The position numbers and the translations under genes were made by a program. Below the pieces are notes generated by a model. That model saw only the letters and a list, made by a program, of their open reading frames with translations. It made no database searches and was not told where the DNA came from. This document shows, in pieces, positions 10,935 to 23,749 of a DNA stretch of 64,000 nt (the stretch's first letter is position 1; each line of letters starts with the position of its first letter). Location: NCBI GenBank assembly GCA_001179505.1, contig CDMY01000269.1:62001-126000 (forward strand), read 5' to 3'. Source of the DNA: Vitrella brassicaformis CCMP3155. Its lineage: Eukaryota > Protista > Chromerida.

Positions 10935-13050
10935 ACCGTGAGGTCGGTGCATGTGCGCCAGCACCAAGCCTTTTCTTTTTCTATACTCGTTGACACCAGC
11001 AAGTATCAGTTTGTCAGCGTGCCTTGTCCTTGTGTAACATTTGAATGAATAGAGTGCTCGCATCATCCACCAGACGAAACATCCTGCCCTCTACCAGCAA
11101 TGGGCCTCTATTGCCAGCAATGGGGGTCTATTGCCAGCAATGGAGGGAACCGACGGCAATGGGGGTCCATTGTCAGCAATGAACGTCGACCTTCATTGTG
11201 CGTGTCTTGCAGGGGCATTTCAATCATCTCGCCATTCTCGGCCGGCTCTGATCAGATGGACAGACAGCAAGAACACGTTCTCACGAGAAACAGACTCCTT
11301 CTCACGAGAAACAGACTCGAGAATGGCCAGAAAGTGATTGATTGAATGAATGAATGAGTCAACGAATGATTGAATGAGTCATTGACTTCTGAGACCTCTT
11401 TGCAATGGTGAATGAATGATTGATTGATTGATCAAGCTGAACATAGATATGAATCAGCCACACAGCAACCTGAGCGGGTCAGTTTTTCCGCCACTTTATG
11501 GACATTTCGCGAAATGTGCTGAGGCACTTTGAGGGATGGTAGAGGGCACGGAAACGTGCATCCAGACACGCAGAATGACCACCATTCACGTGAAATCACG
11601 ATTGTTCGCACGTGAATTCACGACATGTACAAAGACCGGGAAGGAAGAACAGAAAGGGGATAAGTGCACTACTCTTGCCCAGCGCCAAAGCGACAAAATC
11701 ATCGATGGTGACAGACACACAAATGGATGGATGGATGGATGGATGCATGCATTGATGGACTGATGTGTCTCGCCCTCTGAGAACTGATGTGTCTCGCCCT
11801 CTCTCAGAGGGCGATGTCTCGCCCTCTCTCAGAGGGCGAGACACATCAGAGGGAGGGACCAAGGCGTGCAGCAGACACACACAAAGTTGAGGTCCTGCTT
11901 GATGAGCGGCTCATGTCCATTCACCATGCCTCGGCGTGCCTGTGTCTCGTCCGTGTTGTCGTGTGTGGGGGTGTGCGGGTGGGTGGGTGGGCGTCTGGCG
12001 TCAGGTTGATCTTGACGATGCGGGCCAGGTCGAGGTAGTTGGATCGTTGGCAGTCGACCATTGGGGAAGGTTGTCTCGACGTGTGTCTGACCTGCGATGA
12101 GGGTCAGGTCAGCACCAAACACTGCACCACAGGGCAGGCAATGTAAATAAGAATGTGGTGAGCATCGCACAAGCATTCGTCTTATCGACTGACCTCAGCT
12201 CATCTCGGCACTGTTGTTGCCTATCCACTGCAGTGCTGCTTGGTGTACCTCGCAGGATGCAGGCGAGAAGGTCGACGTTGAACGGGTAGAGCAGCTCGCT
12301 CAGGAGAGAGGACGAGACACAATCATACGCAGCCTGAAGTAAGTGAAGGACATCGACACACGCAGCAAAGTGCCGCTTCCATGGGTATGTCCTCGTCAGA
12401 TGCCTGTGGGTACCTGCTCCTCGTCAGATGGATGGGTGCGCGCAAGTCTGCTACGGGTCTTGAAATCATAGTCGAGCTCCTGCTTGCGACGTGCGATAGC
12501 CGTCACACTGTGGGTGTGATGCGGCACGCCTGGAGGACACTTGGGCAGCTTGTTGGCGTCAGGCGGAGCAACCTCTGAGTGAAGGAAAGGGAGAAGTGAA
12601 CATACCATTCATTTTTATTCATTCATTCATTCATCCGTTCATCCATCTCACCGGGTGCTTCCTCCTCCTCGATGGGCGGCTCGTCCTCATCGTCAGCAAG
12701 TGGGTTGACATTCAGTGGCGAAATGCTGCCCCTCCCTCGCCGTGCCTGCTGGCGGCCGTCGTCCACCTCCTCCTCCATATCATCATCATGCTGGGCGTGC
12801 TAGTTGGGCACGTCGACGCCGACACGACGATGTGTGCTCTGACAAGTCGACGTCATGGTCGTCCACCGCACGCTCCGTGACGACAAGTTGCAGTGAATGA
12901 CAGAAGTGATAGTGAAAGAGCTGTCAATCAGTGCTGACCTTTCTGCTCGGCCTTCTCAGCGCCTGAGTGAGAGGCAGAAACACGGACGAGTGAATGGATG
13001 GTGTGCTTTGCCATTGTTGCTTCTCTCTTACCCTCTGATTTGCTGCGCAC
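10935..13050. repeat. Copy 1 of a degenerate ~2-kb tandem duplication
   Basis: 10935-11440 matches 14057-14560, and 11706-13050 matches 15393-16714. Includes a ~20-nt minisatellite (ttgccagcaatgggggtcta-like, 11090-11200) and tctcacgagaaacagactc twice. Confidence 0.85.
11880..12600 (-). pseudogene. Possible spliced-gene remnant inside the duplicated unit (product unknown)
   Basis: Exon-like blocks bounded by pyrimidine-rich acceptors and GT donors read EVAPPDANKLPKCPPG..., AAYDCVSSSLLSELLYPFNVDLLACILR and VDCQRSNYLDLARIVKINLTPDA. I could not build a continuous ORF, and the two copies differ by indels. Confidence 0.3.
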
Positions 13051-14056
13051 TTTGCCGCCTTCCTTCCTTTCGGTGTTTGTATGTGCCGCCGAAAAAGGGG
13101 CGCGCTGCAATCCAAGCCGATCTCTCACGACGTACATGCAGCTAGGCTGGCCAGGGACGGGAGGGGGGGCAATCAATCCGTGCACTCTGTGTCAGTGATC
13201 CATCCGTCATCAGTCGATTGCTGCATGCGATGGATGGATGGGTGGGTGGCTCTGTCTGCATGTCTTATATATTCTGGCGTACGTGTGCACCGGGCCGGAT
13301 GCATGGGACCACATTGGGGGGGCCGGGTGGGCTGGCACGTGCGTGGCATGGGCGAGAGGAAGAGGATCGAGTACATGGCATGTGTGGGCATGGGTGTCGC
13401 GTGTGGGTGTCGGTCGACTGGCTGGAGAGTCAGCGAGGCTCCTAAACAGGGAGTGGCTGACGTACCCGCAGGCCGGCAGACACACACACACACACAGAGA
13501 CATGCATGATGGAACAGATGGATGGATGGCAGGTGTGAGAGGGACGCACGTGACGATGAGCGTTTCATTGCGTCGATGGGGGGGAGAACGTTCTTAGCAA
13601 TGAGTTGAACAACACACACATGGAGCAACCACTGCACAGGTAGACTGTCCGGTGCTCGTTCGTCCGTTTGACAACCCAAAACATGCCACAAAACGCTCAG
13701 CAGACAGACGGCCAGCACGCTGCGCTACAGCTGGGCGGCCGGCCCCATCTGCATGCACACGTACGCACCTGCCCATCTACTCAGCCATCTGTCTCCACAC
13801 AAACAAGCAAACAAACACGCGTCAAGGCCTGCAGCGACACCGAGAAGTTTTCTCAAAGATCCGTCTGCACATTTTGTAAAGAAGCGAGAGACATGTCTCC
13901 TCACCTTGTGAATCTCGAGTTATAACTGTTTTTCGACAGCGAGGTCATGTACAGACATACTACAGAACCGCTCAATTTGATGTATACGCACCCACCCACT
14001 TCTGTAGTATGCCCCTTTCTCTGTAGAGGAGAGAGAACAACCACGTCATCAGCCAT

Positions 14057-16714
14057 ACCGTGAGGTCGGTGCATGTGCGCCAGCACCAAGCCTTTTCTTC
14101 TTCTATACTCGTTGACACCAGCAAGTATCGTTTGTCAGCGTGCCTTGTCCTTGTGTAACATTTGAATGAATAGAGTGCTCGCATCATCCACCAGACGAAA
14201 CATCCTGCCCTCTACCAGCAATGGGCCTCTATTGCCAGCAATGGGGGTCTATTGCCAGCAATGGAGGGAACCGACGGCAATGGGGGTCCATTGTCAGCAA
14301 TGAACGTCGACCTTCATTGTGCGTGTCTTGCAGGGGCATTTCAATCATCTTGCCATTCTCGGCCGGCTCTGATCAGATGGACAGACAGCAAGAACACGTT
14401 CTCACGAGAAACAGACTCCTTCTCACGAGAAACAGACTCGAGAATGGCCAGAAAGTGATTGATTGAATGAATGAATGAGTCAACGAATGATTGAATGAGT
14501 CATTGACTTCTGAGACCTCTTTGCGATGGTGAATGAATGATTGATTGATTGATTGATCAAGCATCAACGTCGACCTTCATTGTCCTGGCATTTCAATCAT
14601 CTCGCCATTCTCGGCCGGCTCTGATCAGATGGACGGACAGCAAGGCCAGCCAAGATGCGATGCCGTGCAGTCATCAGCTGCCCGTCACGTCACAGGGGAA
14701 GGAAAGAAAGGAAAGACAGAGAGGACACAGCCGTTAGCCGTTAGCGAGCTTGAATTTTGGCGTGCCCTTAACCACCGTGCCACCCTCCTCCATGGAATAA
14801 TAGTTTTCTGCCGACTACTGCCGACCCGTCAACAACTCCCACCTCTCTGCCTGCTCGCAGGCATACCTGCTTGCCTGCCCATTTATTCGTCTGTCTGCCT
14901 GTCTGTCTACCAAGTTGAACGTCTGACTCGCACCGCAGGCTCTGCCTGTCGCTTGCTCTTGCAGACGAGCTGCGGGTCACATCCGGTGGGTGGCACTCGT
15001 CGGCTGCGAATGTCCTGCAGCCCTGCCATCATCGGTACGAGAACGTTGAAGACACACACAAGGGTCAGGCAGTGAAGATCTCGCACACACACNNNNNNNN
15101 NNNNNNNNNNNNNNNNNNNNNNNNNNNNNNNNNNNNNNNNNNNNNNNNNNNNNNNNNNNNNNNNNNNNNNNNNNNNNNNNNNNNNNNNNNNNNNNNNNNN
15201 NNNNNNNNNNNNNNNNNNNNNNNNNNNNNNNNNNNNNNNNNNNNNNNNNNNNNNNNNNNNNNNNNNNNNNNNNNNNNNNNNNNNNNNNNNNNNNNNNNNN
15301 NNNNNNNNNNNNNNNNNNNNNNNNNNNNNNNNNNNNNNNNNNNNNNNNNNNNNNNNNNNNNNNNNNNNNNNNNNNNNNNNNNNNNNNNNNNNGATGGTGA
15401 CAGACACACAAATGGATGGATGGATGCATGCATGCATGCATTGATGGACTGATGTGTCTCGCCTTCTCTCAGAGGGCGAGACACATCAGAGGGAGGGACC
15501 AAGGCGTGCAGCAGACACACACAAAGTTGAGGTCGTTCTGCTTGATGAGCGGCTCATGTCCATTCACCATGCCTCGGCGTGCCTGTGTCTCGTCCGTGTT
15601 GTCGTGTGTGGGGGTGTGCGGGTGGGTGGGTGGGCGTCTGGCGTCAGGTTGATCTTGACGATGCGGGCCAGGTCGAGGTAGTTGGATCGTTGGCAGTCGA
15701 CGTGTGTCTGACCTGCGATGAGGGTCAGGTCAGCACCAAACACTGCACCACAGGGCAGGCAATGTAAATAAGAATGTGGTGAGCATCGCACAAGCATTCG
15801 TCTTATCGACTGACCTCAGCTCATCTCGGCCCTGTTGTTGCCTATCCACTGCCGCAGACGGTCTCTGTGGTTCACATGTTGCAGTGCTGCTTAGTGTACC
15901 TCGCAGGATGCAGGCGAGAAGGTGCATCGATTCCCTACTGCCCCTCCTCCAGGTCGACGTTGAACAGGTAGAGCAGCTCGCTCAGGAGAGAGGACGAGAC
16001 ACAATCACACGCAGCCTGAAGTAAGTGAAGGACATCGACACACGCAGCAAAGTGCCGCTTCCATGGGTATGTCCTCGTCAGTTGCCTGTGGGTGCGCGCA
16101 AGTCTGCTACGGGTCTTGGAATCATAGTCGAGCTGCTGCTTGCGACGTGCGATGGCCGTCACGCTGCGGGTGTGATGCGGCTCGCCTGGAGGACACTTGG
16201 GCAGCTTGTTGGCGTCAGGCGGAGCAACCTCTGAGTGAAGGAAAGGGAGAAGTGAACATATCATTCATTCTTATTCATTCATCCTCCTCCTCGATGGGCG
16301 GCTCGTCCTCATCGTCAGCCAGTGGGTTGACATTCAGTGGCGAAAGGCTGCCCTTCCCTCGCCGTGCCTGCTGGCGGCCGCCGCCCGCCTCCATATCATC
16401 ATCATGCTGGGCGTGCTAGTTGGGCACGTCGGCGTCGACGATGATCATCAGCATAACAACCAAACACAGCACCGACATGACAACTCGTCGTCATGGTCAT
16501 CCACCGCACGCTCCGAGTCACGGTCCTGATGAAGTTGCAGTGAATGACAGAAGTGATAGTGAAAGAGCTGTCAATCAGTGCTGACCTTTCACTCGTTTGC
16601 TGGCCTTCTCAGCGCCTGAGTGAGAGGCAGAAACACGGACGAGTGAATGGATGGTGTGCTTTGCCATTGCTGCTTCTCTCTTACCCTCTGATTTGCCGCG
16701 CACTTTGCCGCCTT
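14057..16714. repeat. Copy 2 of the tandem duplication (with extra sequence and an assembly gap)
   Basis: Near-identical blocks to 10935-13050, plus unique sequence at ~14560-15090 and an N-run. Confidence 0.85.
15093..15392. other. Assembly gap
   Basis: 300 N. Confidence 1.
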
Positions 16715-16839
16715 CCACGTCGTGGTAAATGCATGCACCGTCAGGGGGCAGGAAGGACGCCCACACCCGGTCCGGGAAAAAAGAAGGATTTCTCCCATAT
16801 GTATGTACATCTGTATACATGCGCTCGACTTTGATGTCG

Positions 16840-17104
16840 AAAATCGCTTCTAGCGCAAGAATGAGAAGGCCAATCGGCCAAGTTTTTGGTGGAGCAGAGG
16901 CGCCATTCAATTCCCCACAACATAGGCAGCTCGGATTTTCGAGAAACGTGTTCTGTGTGGAGTTTTCCTTAGGTCTACGTGACGGCCTATATGTCTGCCG
17001 GCACAAAATCGCTTCTAGCGCAAGAACGAGAAGGCCAATCGGCCAGGTCTTTCGCCTGTTAAGTGCCCCAGAGGGAGCCCGAAAACATAGGCAGCTCGGA
17101 TTTC
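16840..17104. repeat. Two-unit ~165-bp direct repeat
   Basis: aaaatcgcttctagcgcaagaaYgagaaggccaatcggccaRgt at 16840 and 17005; aacataggcagctcggattt at 16919 and 17084. Confidence 0.85.
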
Positions 17105-17765
17105 CGAGAGCGGGTCTGTGTGTGGCTGTGCGCCGAAATCGGTAGTGTCTTGCGACATGCTCAAAAAGGTGGCGGTTTGTCAGAACCGCTCAGTTTGCTG
17201 TGGACAGCACATGCCACCAGCCCTGAACCGTATTGACATGTCAGTACAAGCCACGTCAACGAGTGTGTTAAGGTCATTGCAATCCGTACACACACGTCAC
17301 GAGAGAGATGCGTCCACATGAATGATTCCGATCATCGATGTGTCTTGAGCTCCTCTCACCCACACACCACACCACACCTACACGTGCCCTGAGTGTGTCC
17401 CACCTGCCTGTGTGTGTTTCCATCTGTCTGTGCCTGCGTCTGTCTGTCAGTCAGTCTCTTCTCCCTCACATGATGGCAAAAGGCGAGACAGCACATCCAC
17501 ACAGCCACAGACAGAGAGAGAGAGAGAGAGGCGGGGTCTGTCTGTCTGTCTGTCTTGTCTTCTCACGCACACACACATGCAGACTGGATCGATCGTCGGA
17601 TGGACGGGATGCGATTGATGCGACGCCGACGGACGGGCGGATGAACAGAATCTCACCTGCACACCCAACACACAGACAGCGATGGATGGATGGATGGGAT
17701 GTGTCTGCCCTCCCTCTCTGCTGACGTACTCATTCGTACTGTCTGTGTCTTGTTTGTGTGTGGTC

Positions 17766-18584
17766 TTATTGGGGAGGGTGCCAGCCGCGGAGAGAGTAGG
17801 GGTCGCTGAGACGGATCGCCAGACGCATGTCAGACACCATGAGCGTGACACGTCTGCACACACATGGCCAACGGACGGACAGATGGACAGATGGTGTGTT
17901 GCAATGTGTTGTGTGTGTCGGTCAGATGGACAGCTCCTCACTTTGCGTGGATGGTACACTGCATGGCGTCCTCAAACAGCCGCACAGCGAACGCCTCGGT
18001 CGCCTCCTGCATGGCCAGCATCGCACTCGCTTGCCAGCGGAGGCCGCCCGGGGTACCCACCTGCTCCTGATCAGAGAGAGAGAGAGAGAGAAAGAAGGGG
18101 CGTGGGTGTGTGTCGAGTGGGTGTGTCTACCTGGCAGATTTCTTTGACGAGGCGGCGGAAGGGCAACTTGCGACGCAACAGGTCAGTCGACTGCATCAAG
18201 GCATCACATCACATCGGCACACACACAAACATGAGCAAGACAGAGGTGAGGAGAGGCAGTCACTGCCTGTGTCAGTGAGAGAGTCAGTGAGTGCCTCACC
18301 TTCTGGTACTTGCGGATCTCACGGAGCGCCACTGTGCCGGGGCGATAGCGATACCGACCTGCAACCGACAAACACACAATCACACAGTCAGATCAACACA
18401 ACACATCCATCCATCCAATCATTGCAATGGAATGCACCCCGTCCATCCAGCCACTCCCTTCACCCTCTCATCCACCTGTTTTGGTCATCTTTGGGTGTCG
18501 CTTCTTGTCGCTGGCGGCGCTGAGTGTTTCCTTCTTGACGGCCTTGACGTCCTTCCGCATTGCCTGTGCCTTGGTGCGTCCCAT
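17766..18584 (-). CDS. CENH3: Divergent histone H3 variant, centromeric H3 (CenH3/CENP-A)-like, 5 exons
   Basis: Spliced protein: [36 protein letters not shown]|[20 protein letters not shown]|[20 protein letters not shown]|[42 protein letters not shown]|[28 protein letters not shown]. All introns are GT-AG and the frame is continuous. Confidence 0.85.
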
Positions 18585-19452
18585 GGGGCTGCCGGCTGGC
18601 GACTCTGAGCGAGGGTCAGGGGTGTCAGAGGGCCGGTACTCGACAGGTCAGACAATCAACCGACCAAACACACGAGCGGATGGACCGATCGGATGGATGA
18701 ACCGACAGAAATTAGGCGAAAATTTATGGACGGAGAGAGAAGCAATCGAGCATCTCGCATCTGTTTTTGCGTATTCCGTTTACGTATCGCATCCTGTCAA
18801 CACGAACCGCCCGTGGCGCTCTTTCACATCCAACGGCAGGCATGGTCAAATGAAGCACAAGGCACGACAGCTTCCCATAATCACACACATTCACATGACT
18901 CACTCACTATTCTACACACACCCCACTGGGCACTGACGAGGGACGGACGCGGGAGGGAGGGAGGGAGGGAGGGAGGGAGGAAACAAAAATGAAAACAGCA
19001 AGCGCTGGTAAAGAATTCACACGCTCTCAGCGTCCACTGCGATTGACCTCGACCACACCAACAACATTCCCATGCCCACACGGCAGTGTGTGGGCATGGA
19101 AGATTGTCGGAAGGATCAAGCAAAGTCACAGTGTCAGTCGACGCGAGACAAAGCAGATGACCAACATGACTACCTCACAACACACACACACGCTCAAACC
19201 CCTCGCGCAGCCTGTCTGCCTGGCATCCACGGCTGTCGCATGCAATGCATTCATGCAGATGATGGACACTCTTGCGCACACGACATCTGTGCAAGCAAGA
19301 CTGCCGATTATGTGCACGTCGAACATGTGAGGGCCGAGTCAGCCATGGCAAACCGCTACCGAACTCACAGCAAACATTACACTACACAGCCCCCCTTGTC
19401 CACCCACCCCGGTGTCTATCTGTCTGTACGCGTCCGTACGCATGTGGTGGTG

Positions 19453-20278
19453 TCATGATCTCGAGGCCCCGGAGATAACGGACCACAGTATGGTGAAGCC
19501 GAAGGCCGTGTAGAGGCAGTAGCGGGCCCACTTGTACCTCTGCGACCCCTGCTGGGCGTCCATGTTGACACAGAAGGCGATGCAGCCGATGATGGGGAAG
19601 AATATCGACAGAATGCACGATATCTGCAGCGACACACCCATACACGTCACCACGCATTATGTGTTGGTGTGTGGAAGTAGGTGACTGGCTATGATTGTGC
19701 CGATCTATCTCACTCACCCTCGCACAGCTGAGCTTCCAGCTCATGTCGTCGTCGTATACCTGCTCCTGCTGCATCTGTGGCAGGCCGCCTTGCACCTCCT
19801 GCACCCCAATCACATGTGCACCGCCCCACCCCTGAGGCGACCCGCCCCACGGCGGCTGCACATACTGCGGCCGATAAGGTCCCGCGCCGCCCCCTTGGTT
19901 GTCCTGCCACATTTGCGCATACGTCGGTCCACCGCCTTGCGGCTTCTCGCCTGCGTCCGTCGCCACTGGCTGGCCGACAACATACGGCAATGGTTGAGTG
20001 ACTCCTGGTGTTGACGGCACGGTGGACGATTGGTCGTATGGCGGTACGGGGCTAGGTGTGTACTGCGGGTTGACGGGGGAGCTGTGGTCTTCGCCAGAGA
20101 TGTGATAAATCGCTTGTGAGGCAGCGGGGCCGGGGGATGGTGAAGTGCCGTTCGTCGCTGGCCAGTTGACGGGCGGTGGCTGGCCTGTGGATGTGTAGGC
20201 TGGCGGTGAGGCGCCGGCAGTGCTGTACACGGGATGAGGCTGGCTGGGCGGAGGGTCAACAGAGGGATATGATGACAT
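19453..20278 (-). CDS. Proline-rich, two-hydrophobic-segment membrane protein (CD225/dispanin-like), paralog 1, intact
   Basis: P/Q/Y-rich exon 1 (PPAY, VPPY), one intron, then exon 2 ISCILSIFFPIIGCIAFCVNMDAQQGSQRYKWARYCLYTAFGFTILWSVISGASRS*. Confidence 0.7.
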
Positions 20279-20336
20279 AACGGCGGCTGCTGATGGCAGA
20301 TCTTGATTGGTTCTAAGTCTCAATGATTATCGGGAA

Positions 20337-20399
20337 TTGAACAGCAGCAGCTAAGGGGAGGGCAGATCTTCAGGGTTTGGGTTTCAGGGTTTAAACCCT
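20337..20399. repeat. Short dispersed repeat with telomere-like GGGTTT units and the palindrome AGGGTTTAAACCCT
   Basis: ttgaacagcagcagctaaggggagggcagatcttcagggtttgggtttcagggtttaaaccct, with a near copy at ~21918-21972 and partial copies at ~24370-24392 and 25981-25993. Confidence 0.7.
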
Positions 20400-20615
20400 T
20401 TGGTCTCTCTCCCACCTCCCAGAGGGAGTGGAGCTCTCGCGGGAGGTGTCGCCTCTCCCGTGTCGCACATTCCTGTCGCCGACTCTCGCCGACGAGCACT
20501 CACGTTTCTTGAACAAAAGAAGCATTGCCAGCGAAGATCTCGGTCCTCAGCTGGTGAATCACATCCTCCGCCTCTTTCCTCCCAACAGTCCTTGCAAGCC
20601 GCAGCCGCATCGCTC

Positions 20616-21237
20616 ATGACATACCCCTCGGTTGAGCAGCCTTCCCTCGCCCAGCCGCAGCCCGTCAACTGGCCATCCGCCGACATCGCCTCACCCACCA
20701 CTGCACCGGCATACGATGTGCCCCAGACGATGCCGGTTGTTATCGGCAAGCCAATGGCGACGGCAGACACAGCCGGAAGGCCCGAGGGCGGTGATCAGCC
20801 GCAGTATGTGCAGCCATAGACGGTGCAGCCGCAGTTGGGTGGTGCTCATGTGATCAACGTGCCGGAGCCGGTAGTGTACAATCCGGGACACGAAGATGAG
20901 AAGTCAGGCCGGCTCACCTGCTTGAAGGTGAGATAGATCGATGTGGGCAGGGAGGCAGAAGCGGCCAGCCATACATTCTTCCCCCTGTGTGTTGTGTTGT
21001 GTTGTCCGTTCATCATTCCAGGTGTCCTGTGTGTTGTCGGTGCTAGTCTTCCCCATCATCGGCTGCATCGCCTTCTGCCTCACCATGGACGCCAAGAAGG
21101 GGTCGCAGCGGCGCAAGTGGGCCCGCATCTGCCTCGCCACGGGCACGATCATGACGATCTTGTTCGTCACCTGGTTGGTCATGGTCATACGCTCCGGGGA
21201 TTCCTCTTATTCTTACTCTTACTCCTATTCTTTTTGA
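20616..21237 (+). pseudogene. CD225-like paralog 2 with a premature stop
   Basis: Colinear with paralog 4 (26194-26785), but CAG is TAG at 20817-20819. The exon-1 remainder and exon 2 (VSCVLSVLVFPIIGCIAFC...KWAR) are otherwise intact. Confidence 0.7.
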
Positions 21238-21993
21238 CAAGAGCTGTCAAGAGCACAGCTCTCTTGTCACCTGCCTGCTGCGTTGGCTGTCCTCAGTCAG
21301 TGAGTGTCAAAGTGTGTCGTCCCCAGCCAGCCAGGTAGCTCGAGCGGCGTGTGTGTGTACGTGTGTGTGTCCCCCAACCGGGATCTTCCTGCCGGTTGGA
21401 TGGAGAGGGTCAGTGAGGGAGTGAGTGGCGGTGTGGTGTATGGACTGCATGTGTGCAGTCTTCTCTTGTGTGGCTGGCTGGCTGGCTGTCGTGCTCGTGT
21501 GGCGCATCTCGTTCTTTGGTGCGTGCCTCACTGCATCCACGGCTGCGCGGCCCGGTTTGCGGCGCAGATCCAGAACAGCATGGTGTGAGGGGGTGGTTGT
21601 CAGGGAGGCCTCTGTCTGTATGGTGATTGTGCCTTGGTGCCTTGTGTCTGTCGTCGCGTACTGGCTGTCTTGCGCCCCTTGCTTCGCTCCCTTCCTGCGT
21701 TTGTGTTGTCTTCGTCTTGAATATGTGTGTGTGTGTGTGTGGCTGACTGACTGGCGGACCAGGGGAGGCAGTGGAGCCTCTGCTCTGCAGAGAGATGTAT
21801 GGTCTGGTATGTGTGTATGTATTTGCATGTTGCGTGTTGATGAGACTTGTTTGATTCAAGTGGGCATGACGTAATACTATTCACTGCAGAAAGCGTGTGT
21901 GCGCACAACTAATTGTGTTGAACAACAGCAGCCAAGGGAGGGGAGATCCTCAGGGTTTGGGTTCCAGGGTTTCTTCTGGGATGATATCGGTTA

Positions 21994-23749
21994 ATGGGCA
22001 ACAGAGTGCCGAGGACGAGCAGCCAGCAGGACTGGCCTGCCATCCGCAACCAGAGCCTCGACGTCATTCATCGAGAGGGCAGGGATGAGCTGCACAAAAT
22101 CAAGGCGGTCGGCAACCTCAGAATCAGCGCCCGGTTCCTCTCGGGCGTCGACTTCGAGCCGGCTGTGCTCCGCCGCCGCCTCCGCGGCGCCCTGCACGAC
22201 ACCCAACTCGCCGACGGGACGCCGCTGGATGCCGTGGTGACGTTCGACATAGACAATCTCGGGAGCAAGCTGCTGCTGCAGGTGTGGGTGCCCTAGACAC
22301 GGGGGATGGATGGATGGATGGATACTCTGGGTGTGTGTGTGCAGGCGTGGTGGCTGGTGGAGCACCAGCAGTGGGATGAGGCGGCCGACGCGCTGCGGCT
22401 GGCCCACCAGCTGACCTACTGTGAGCTGCCGGTCATCGTCACACAGCAAGATTTAGAGAAACACCGTAGCAAACAGGTCGGTGGGCTGATAGGCGAAGGG
22501 GACGGGTGGGTGGCACTCATCTCTCTGTGTTTGTGTGATGTGACGGATGTGTGTGACGTCAGGCGTATTTGGCTGAGCCGCGTGTGGTGGCGCTGTGGAA
22601 GATGGTCGGCCGCTATGTCGACTTCGGTGGCGAGCGGGGCAGATTTGAGCTGTTCGACCACGGCAATGGCGACCTGCGGGCCGTCAAGGACGAGCCCGAG
22701 CACCGCCTCAATCTGACCCCCCTGCCCCCCGCCCACCCCTACCACACGCACACCAGCCCCCACAACCCCCCCGTCAGACACCACATCGCCGGCTACAACG
22801 ACGACAGCGGCTGGTACGGCTGGTACACTGGTGGCCGGGTGATCACCGATGCGTCATTTTCCTCCTTTTTGATGAGCACCATCCTGCTGCGCACCTATCC
22901 CGACATGCAAAATACCGAGAAATTCATAGACCGGTCGGCCAGTCCGTAAGGGGCACACCGATTGTGGTCGTCCCTGATGCTTCATTGCCTGGCTGTGTGT
23001 GTCTGTCTGCAGTGATGCCCGTGGCGGCGTGTTGGCGGGTCTGCTCGACCAGTCGGTCCACCAGCCGGTCGAGGGCACCACGGCCGCCATGGCGTTTACC
23101 ATTGCCAACTACGCACCACACAAGTACCTGCTGCTGACGCCGTTCGACCACCCATTCATCGCATCCATCGACATCGACGACTCGGGGAATGGACAGGGCA
23201 AGCCACAGACGAGAGAGGGCCACCCAGACAGACAGCCCGTTCATTCCGCTGTGCTGTGTGGCTGCAGTGTGTGTGGCGGTGTATACGACCGAGCCGCTCG
23301 CAGCGGGTGTGTCTGCTGATGCGCCCTTCAAGCAGCGCTTCCCCCGCACCACCGCCATGGCGCGTTCCGTCCTGGGACCGATGACGATCGCACCCATAGT
23401 GTTCGACGGTGAGGACCCCAATGAGGACGACAACGGCGATGGGCAGGACGACGATGGCAATAGCGATGAAGGTGGGTGGGTCTCTCTCTCGGCACAGGGG
23501 CCCTTGATGGATGGTCAGGTCGGTCTCACTTGTGTGCTGTGTTGTGTGCAGATATGGGTGGCGATAGCGATGACGGGGAGCGCAACGGCGGCGATGAGGA
23601 GGAGGGTAAGACAGACAGCACGAGGTGAGGTGCATGAAGCAAAGCCAATCTGGCTTTCCCTCCTTTGTGTATGTGTGTGGTGGGTGGCTGTGCCTGCAGC
23701 TACGGCGGGTGACGGGGGCGGTGGAAATGACGGACACGATGATATATGA
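21994..23749 (+). CDS. Lineage-specific multi-exon protein of unknown function with acidic C-terminal tail
   Basis: Exons join in frame through GT-AG introns (MGNRVPR...LLLQ|AWWLVEH...|AYLAEPRVVALWKMVGRYVDF...|...DDI*). A close inverted paralog lies at 63306-64000. Confidence 0.7.

Noticed and set aside
11090-11340. CRISPR-like repeat array
   Set aside because: These are head-to-tail minisatellite units without unique spacers, in a eukaryotic context with no cas genes.
13170-14050. Protein-like minus-strand fragments between the duplicated units
   Set aside because: No recognisable motif and no continuous spliced frame.
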